Positions 9,157 through 20,000 of a stretch of DNA of 20,000 nucleotides are shown in pieces. This stretch comes from Veleropilina oligotropha. Lineage: Eukaryota. Position 1 is the stretch's first letter. Every line of letters starts with the position of its first letter. The notes under the pieces were generated by a model that did not search any database, had not been told where the DNA came from, and worked only from the letters and a program-made list of their open reading frames with translations. Where the stretch lies: the NCBI GenBank assembly GCA_048128005.1, contig JBEUKZ010000074.1, forward strand, positions 59,397-79,396, read 5' to 3'. A program made the position numbers and the translations under genes.

Positions 9157-11645
9157 ATTTTTTATTGCCTTTCGATTTTTATTACTTTTACATTTTGGAA
9201 TGATTAAGATAAGCAAATACTACTTCACTCATAAAGTGGCTATTTTCAAACGGCAGAGTACTGAACAGACGGTGTTTAAGATGATATTGCACCGAGCGTT
9301 GTAAATCGGCCAAAATTCTGTAACCGAAAATAATACACCTTGGAGAAGATTGTTTATTCAAACGAATACTAGCTTGTAGATAGTCGTGTTTTATTAAAAC
9401 TACTTATAATATATCATATATATTCACAATTTACGTCGAAACCGCTGCATGAGACACTAATTACTTGTGGCGTAGCAGGTATTTTATACTTTCATAAAAT
9501 ATTCCGTTTCATTGCCGTTTCAACTTTGTGGCTGTACATATATATATCGTGATTGGATATGAATAAATGTCTGTCACATTAAATACCAATGAAGATATAT
9601 TCCCAAGAGAGCAGATACGGGATAACTCCCAGCGAAGACGCCTCCTCGGGAAAATATTTGTAACATATATTTCTGGTCAAGTGGGCCGCAGTGTGTCATA
9701 TGATGGCATCATAATTGAAGACAGATTCTGTAAGAAAGTCCTACATTGGACGTTTCGTAGAAACCAGGTCATCCCTACTTATTTCCCCGGATTTCAGGCT
9801 TGAGTTAAGTCATCTTTCTACCGTCTTAGTAATTTCCTGTCGAGAGAAATGTTAATGTATTAACATATATATTAACCCGCTGCAGTAACCGTATAGCTTA
9901 TCATCTCGTTCACCTCTTTTGCATTACCTCATTCGAACGCTCTTGTTACAGATTTGCTGTGCACTAAAACTCCTGTTGTATGCAGAACAATATAACGTAC
10001 ATGTCATTCAGGCCCCATATGTCATATATGCCGTATACAATTGCATCAAGCGTATCTATTCGTCATACCGTATATAATTACAACAGCCTACTGTGATCAT
10101 GAGCTTTTAATTTTTTTTCCACAAGCACACGTTTCATCCTGCTATTAATTTGTATACGCAGTTCGTAACACCCGTAACGATGCAATTGTTCCAGATCGTT
10201 TACTCATATACCGTAACTAAATATTACTTATAAATTTGCATTTTGATATTCAAGTGTTCCACAACAAGGTTAACTGGTATGCTTCACCTTTCATGGCAAA
10301 TTTGCAAGCTCTGTCAGGCTGGCTCTTATTTCGCAACATATGCAAACAAGCAAGGCGGTCTTTTTGACGCTTATTAGACACTGATTGCATACAATATTCT
10401 ACAAGTCTGTTGGTGATGAATAGTAACGATATTCAGACGGCACATAAAGTCTGGCGCGGTGTTTGCCGACAATGCAGATCAATAATTATATGCGTAACGT
10501 ATAAGTATATATATTTACAGTCGCTTTGGTGTGTATAACCACCGTCCTGTACCTTGAATTGAGCATGGCGAGATCAGTATCAGGAGTAATCGTGTCGCAA
10601 GCACCTGAGCTTACGTACATAATAGACCAAATGAGTCATTGGTTACCAGATGAAGGGCAACTGTCAAATACGATATGCTTCATACAAAACATTTTATGTA
10701 TGCATGTGCATTTAAAGGTCAAATACGGCAAATGGGACATAAAATTAGCCATTCCATCGTTTTATGTTACCTAATATTCAAATAAACACTTTATGAAAAT
10801 TTTGTTATCGAAAAAATGTTTAGATGTTCTTTATAATTATGTCACGGCCATCGAATGTGGTGAGGAAAGTATCTAATTAGGGTAATCGCCAATACGCAGT
10901 CATAGCAATGATTGGTTGGTAAAGTCGTGTTAAAACAAAATCGTGACAGGAAAAGTCACTGGGTTCAGAGCAATTGGTGTTAAGATGAGCAGCATAGAAT
11001 ATTACATATGAATCCTAATGGTAATCCATTCATGTGTAATGACTTCTTTGATTATCAAAACTGTGGTAATATACATGTTTTAGTATTGTGCGATTTTTAT
11101 TTGCCATGACGTAAGTCGTATTGAATGTGGCACGAGTTATCGCCATCTTCGCACTAATTGTCCTGACAAGAGCTGTCATGATTATGGCGGTTTTGCCGTC
11201 ATAATCGCGTGCAACGTCACATGTCACGAATAAAAGTTCCGCTTGGCACGCCCAAAATTGTGACAATTTTAAACTCTAGTATTTTGGCGTAATTTCTATA
11301 TTTATTTTGTTTTAACTGGCTTAGCATATATTTAATGTTTGTATAATCAATATTGTAGTACGAATGTACGATTCCATGACTGCCATATTTGACCTTTATG
11401 TATTAAAAACCATTGTTGGTCATATTCATGGGCGATTAATCCGCCGCAAAAACTACGACGTCACTCGAGGTTTCCGATGTGCCAGAATCCACACAATAAC
11501 TGATAACATTTTTATTATATGCCACAACAAGTTTCTTGTTAAATTGAATCGAAAGATTATGGTAATTTTAGTCACGAATCTGTAAGGGAGGTTGAAATAG
11601 AATAGGACTATATTGGAAGTAGTTCCTACGATTTGTCAGCCATTT

Positions 11646-11705
11646 TGAATATATAAGCAGGAGAAGTTTTCCTGTGAATATATAAGCAGGAGACGTTTTC
11701 TGAAT
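11646..11705 (+). repeat. Short tandem duplication (29-bp unit, 2 copies)
   Basis: TGAATATATAAGCAGGAGA(A/C)GTTTTC at 11646 and 11675. Confidence 0.8.
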
Positions 11706-12067
11706 CGATATCAGCTGTGTCCGTGATACAGGGTCTCGGAAAACTGCGCGAGAATAGGCGTCAGAAAACGACTGGCATATAATAAACTCGGTGATTCGCA
11801 ACAGTTTTAGTTGTCGGACCACGTCGCGGTTGGTTTGGATTCATACAGATTTTGGCTCCCCACGTCCAGTACTGCACCAGTTCAGAAAACCCGTCTTAAT
11901 TTGCCAACGAACTGCTGGGAAGATAAGAAAATTAGCATCGTAAGGCAACTTCTACGACTTCATTGTATCGTTACAGTAAATTGTACACCGTTGGACGTTT
12001 GTTCAACACTGATGCGTGTCGCCAAATATTACGTTCAACGTCATTGAATATGTCCACACATAATAAT

Positions 12068-12550
12068 AAAACAAGAACGACGCGTTCGAAATATGTCTTG
12101 ACCTTTCTTTATTTCCGTCAAATTTTCATAACAGTTAATACAATGGCTAAGTGCAAGTACTTCATGGCTTAATTTACTACCCCGTCGATTGTGACGTCAC
12201 CAAATGACGATTAATCTAAAGCGACGTCGTAATGACGTCATTGCTATTTGCTTGCAATATTAGACATCCGCTATATACAAATATGGATAAAAGTGCTCAA
12301 TAAATGCATATTTTTGCAAAATTGTGTCGCGAAAGTTATATACACGACCTACAAATACTCTTGGGAATGTGTGTACCAATTTTGGTGAAAATTGAGCGGG
12401 TAGTTTTCAAATAAATCGACGGATATATATATATATATATATAAGTTTATAAGTATATAAGTATATAAGTATATATGTATATATGTATATACACACGGAC
12501 CATTTGATAATGTCTTGTCCTTTTTTACAAAAAGGTCAAGACATAAAAAT
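12068..12550 (-). mobile_element. Helentron-associated non-autonomous element (HINE/DINE-1-like), copy 2
   Basis: Same termini, stem-loop, subTIR (ATGTCTTGACC / GGTCAAGACAT) and terminal palindrome as 3982-4440. The internal (TA)/(TATATAAG) microsatellite is longer, at 12423-12491. Confidence 0.82.
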
Positions 12551-13348
12551 GTAAAACTAAAATAGCAAGAGTCAGTAAGACTGTAAATCTTAATTTATAA
12601 ATATTTAACGCCATATAATTTAACATGTTAAACTCAATTCAGGTAGTAGCACTGTATGTGTACATTGGAGCAATATATAGTAACTAAAATGAGTTAATCA
12701 TTGGGTAATGCACTAGTCGAATTGCGTATTAATGATCTTGGGGTGTAGAATAATCGAATCTCCATATTGAAAGGATACATTTTTAACTGTATAAAATGAC
12801 AATATAATGGATTTCCTTTTTACACTTAAATGAAAAAAGTAATAAATTTGACTACAATGATGTATTTCAAGGAATGAGGTAACTTAATGCATAATAATAA
12901 CCAAATGGCATGCATTTTTCGTATATAGAATCCAGACACTAAGTTTGACACAAAACTACCAAGTACAAAGAATTGTCCTGATTAAATACAGACACACTAT
13001 GGGTGCATCGGTTCAGATGTGCTCGTGGTAATCACATGACATCCACTGGCGTTGATGAACCAAGACAGGAACCCTGCTATATATATATATATATACTAAC
13101 CTGGTACTGCATGCTAACAACAAATGCAATAAAAAGCATATTTTGTCTAATTTCACTCATAATTCACACGAAGCAAATAATAGTCTTCATGTTTCAGCCT
13201 TGGCAAAGACCGAGTCGAATCTTTTCCTGTTGTATTTATTGTTGATATACCGCCAGCATTACATAAACTTAGATATAACCAACAAAAAATAGATACATGA
13301 GTTACACTATAAGTTCATATAGCTTTAATGTCTGTTCTTTTAACATAA

Positions 13349-13649
13349 GGGCCGCTTCGGCAGCGCAGTTGGTAAGAGTGTCCACTCTAAATTCACTCGC
13401 TTGATTCCGCTAATGCGAACAGTAGTGGGTTCAATACCTGGCTGATGCATTGAAATTTGTTCGTTATGAATCACAGTTGTCCGCGACTGGCCGAAGAGGG
13501 CGGGTTTACCCGGGCGACCGGGGTTCCGCGACTGGCCGAAGAGGGCGGGTTTACCCGGGCGACCGGGGTTTCCTCCCGCGATAACACGGACATGTCCTGC
13601 CTTGAACCTCGATGTTGTAAATATACAGGACATTAAGCATCATTCCTCC
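13349..13649 (+). mobile_element. Full-length tRNA-derived SINE (head type A), central domain resembling the MetaSINE type, with a 13-bp TSD
   Basis: A-box GGCAGCGCAGTTGG, B-box GGTTCAATACC, central GGGTTTACCCGGGCGACCGGGGTTTCCTCC, tail GGACATTAAGCATC. Flanked by TCTTTTAACATAA (13336-13348) and TCTTTTAACGTAA (13650-13662). A 45-bp internal tandem duplication lies at 13481-13525 and 13526-13570. Confidence 0.88.
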
Positions 13650-13834
13650 TCTTTTAACGTAATGCATTAATATCATGTTGCGTTCCAACACCAGTAGCCT
13701 ACTCGATGTCGATGCTCCATCCTATACAATTAAAGTTGATTGAACACCAACCGATGTCATATCCCACATTATTTCGTTCCTTTTGGATATTAGTGAAAAC
13801 ATTCCTTTTATCTTGATGACTTATTCCACGCTAA

Positions 13835-14497
13835 AGGGCTGAGCACACAGGATGCGTATGCGTCACGTCACGTACACGACACGATTTCCTCCTCATGCGG
13901 ATGCGTACGTCAAAAACGAACGCTTGTCTACACTGGATGCGTGATATTAACACACATACATGCCTCTCATGTTTAGAAATGGTAGTATTGATATATGCTT
14001 CATCACCAATATATTATACGCGATCAGCATAAATGAAGAAACAATATTGTCATCAATATCTAGCCGGCTGGCTATGGTCAGCCACACATATTTTCAAGAT
14101 GTGCATCATTATAGTCTTTGCATCAATGGTCATACAGTGCCTGGTGTTTCTGAACCTCTGTTATTATTTCCACGCTTCAACTCCACATGTTGTTTTTTGT
14201 TGTTGTTGCCGTCATCCTCGTGCGGTACACGTGATGAGTGGGAACCAGGAGCAATTCTCAAAAATGGCATTTCATAAAGAAAAAACATGTAAAATCGAAG
14301 GTCCGTCAATTCTCTTCTGAACGCACATGGACTTTGCCGAAATTTACGCATCCGTCACCTGATATACCGTACTGACCGTATCGGATCGATTCCGCACCCA
14401 GTGTGGCCTGACCCATTCATTTTATATGATATTGATACATTGACGGAACGGATCCGTTCCGTGACGTGACGCATACGCATCCTGTGTGACCAGCCCT
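13835..14497. mobile_element. Harbinger-type non-autonomous element/MITE, 663 bp
   Basis: 38-bp TIRs AGGGCTG(AG/GT)CACACAGGATGCGTATGCGTCACGTCACG at 13835-13872 and 14460-14497 (36/38 match). TAA TSD at 13832-13834 and 14498-14500. Confidence 0.92.
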
Positions 14498-15563
14498 TAA
14501 CACTATCTTTTCACGAATAATATATATAGGAGAACCAATTTGAAAACATGTGACGCGAGCCGCATTCTTCACGTTTATCTTATATACAATAAAGATGTAT
14601 GTTATTGGGGCGCCGCTCACTATGAATTATAGCGTAGTCACGTTGGCTCTAAATCCAGAATATTAGAACCATATGCCACTATCATTGATTATAAGGCTAC
14701 AAAGCTAATCCGAGGTGTAACAGAATTACCCGCATTTTGAGTGAACTAGATTAAAAATCAGTCATCGCGTCATTATTTAATTTCGGTGCTGCCGACTCTC
14801 ATTGCATTTTGGTTTCGCCAATAATATTTATTTAGCAATCACACTAAGCGGCGAATTACATGGGACTAATGGAAGGCCTTTGACATTGGAAGATATTATT
14901 TGTTCTGCGGACGCATCTGCCAACCCAGGAGATAGTCGTAATACTGACACTCCGGTGGGGTAATATTGGTTTGTTTTCAAAGATTATAGGCCAGACGAGT
15001 ATGATTAAATATGAGGCAATATATATGTTATGTGACTCAGGGTGCCTTGGAACATTTAGGGTTTTGACGAAGAATTTATGGCCAAAACGAATTCCAACGC
15101 GAACATTCCGAACTGAGAGGCTTCCGATTCAAAGAAATCTCGGAATACAGATATCCATTAATTATATACCAATCATCAAGTCGCTTACTAAAATGAATGT
15201 AATACTTTATTTGCGGAGAAATATAATAACAACCAACACTGGTCAATAAATGTGATGACGTCACATCAGCAATCATAATCAAATACTATAGAAACGTTCA
15301 GTACGCTCTCCCTACAAATAACATGAGCTGTGACCCAACATTCGTAAAACCTGCTCACCAGTGACGTGAACATGGGGAATAAGAGACTTCACTGAGCAGA
15401 ATTTCTTTGCAATGACAATCAAATTAATAACAAGACATCTTAGTCAGTTTTCTAGGTTCTTAGCAAATATAATAGCAATTTTGAAGATATCTTGTTAGAA
15501 GTCAACAATATCTGACAACGATTATTGTGATAAAGACGTTTCGCGTTGTGGCGAATCGTAGAT

Positions 15564-18857
<3,294 letters not shown>

Positions 18858-19692
18858 TTTCCAAGTCCAGATTGGAAATACACAAACACGACCTTGACCT
18901 TTGACACAGTGACTCCATCTTTGAACTTAGGCAAGGTCGGATGGCATACAAGGTGCTTACTAAATATGAAAGGTGTAGATCTAGCGGTTCGTCTTCTATG
19001 TGACAGAAAGGAATCTTGCAAGTCCAGAACAGAAATACATGAAAATTACCTTGAACTTTGACCCCAGTGACCCCATCTTTGAACTTAGGCAAGGCCTGAT
19101 GGTATACAAGGTGTACACCAAATATGAAAAGCACAGCTCCAGCGGATCATCTTCTATGCGACAGAAAGGAATCTTCCAAGTCCAGCACGGAAATACACGA
19201 AAATGACCTTGCCCTTTGACCCAGTGACCCCATCTCTGAACTTAGGCAAGGCCTGATGGTATACAAGGTGGATACCAAATATGAAAAGCACAGGTCAGTG
19301 GATCGTCTTCTATGTGACAGAAAGGAATCTTCCACGTCCAGAACGAAAATGACCTTGATCTTTGTCCCAGTGACCCCATCTTTGAACATAGGCAAGGCCT
19401 GATGGTATACAAGGTGTATACCAATTATGAAAGCGTAGGTTCCGCGGTTCGTCTTCTACTTGACAGAACGCAATCTTCCCAAGTCCAGATTGGAAATACA
19501 CGAAAATGATCTTGACCTTTGACCCAGTGACCCTATCTTTGAAGTTAGGTAAGGACTGATAGTATACAAGGTGTCTACCAAATATGAAAAGCATAGATCC
19601 AGCGGTTCGTCTTCTGTGTGACCGAAAGTGATCAGCGAACGCCAACGCCGCCGCCAGTCCACGACTATAGCCCTGCCTACCAGGCGTGCCAA
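18858..19692 (-). mobile_element. HINE-like element carrying a tandem array of five ~157-bp satellite monomers
   Basis: The CAAGTCCAG anchor (CACGTCCAG in the fourth monomer) recurs at 18862, 19019, 19177, 19333 and 19480, giving periods of 157, 158, 156 and 147. Monomers contain GACCTTGACCTTTGACC-like and ACCAAATATGAAA motifs. The array is followed by a GCC-rich microsatellite (19638-19655) and a terminal hairpin GCCT-acc-AGGC (19675-19685). The tandem array is certain; the HINE assignment is inferred from layout. Confidence 0.72.
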
Positions 19693-19949
19693 TGATTCAC
19701 CTTACCTCATCTCAAAAGACTATCGGTGACGTTGTCGTATTGGCCTTATATGAGCAAAGTAACCCCATTTTGACTATATTTATACAACATCAATGTCTTT
19801 AAAATAGTACTTGAATATGTTCTGACATGTACATCATTACAGCGCTCCCCTACCAGGACTGGAAAATTCACACCGTCTTGTCACGGTGTGAGTTTATTGT
19901 TCATATTTAGAGTACGTCTATCCGCTCTCTGTTCATCATTGCCTCGCCT

Positions 19950-20000
19950 ATATATCAATATATCTCTATATCTATCTATATCTATATCTATATCTATATC
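19950..20000. repeat. (TCTATA)n-type microsatellite running off the window end
   Basis: TATCTCTATATCTATCTATATCTATATCTATATCTATATC. Confidence 0.85.

Overview
AT-rich eukaryotic DNA, most likely intergenic or intronic sequence from an invertebrate animal. It is dominated by transposable elements and their remnants. I find no supportable intact host protein-coding gene and no prokaryotic-type system such as CRISPR or an operon. In order, the window holds: a collapsed two-gene Harbinger/PIF relic (transposase on +, Myb/MADF-like partner on -); two Harbinger-type MITEs with TTA/TAA target-site duplications; five copies of one tRNA-derived SINE family with two head types; two near-identical Helentron-type non-autonomous elements (HINE/DINE-1-like) plus a third fragment; a 48-bp minisatellite carrying an E-box and CCAAT; a heavily decayed ~1.6-kb Academ-type transposase/XPG/Cys-rich ORF that the ORF track shows only as unrelated pieces; a 5'-truncated CR1-group LINE between two very long (TA)n arrays; and a HINE-like element with five ~157-bp satellite monomers. 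All family assignments come from motif recognition by eye, not database searches. The most interesting items are element architectures rather than a demonstrably new biological system.
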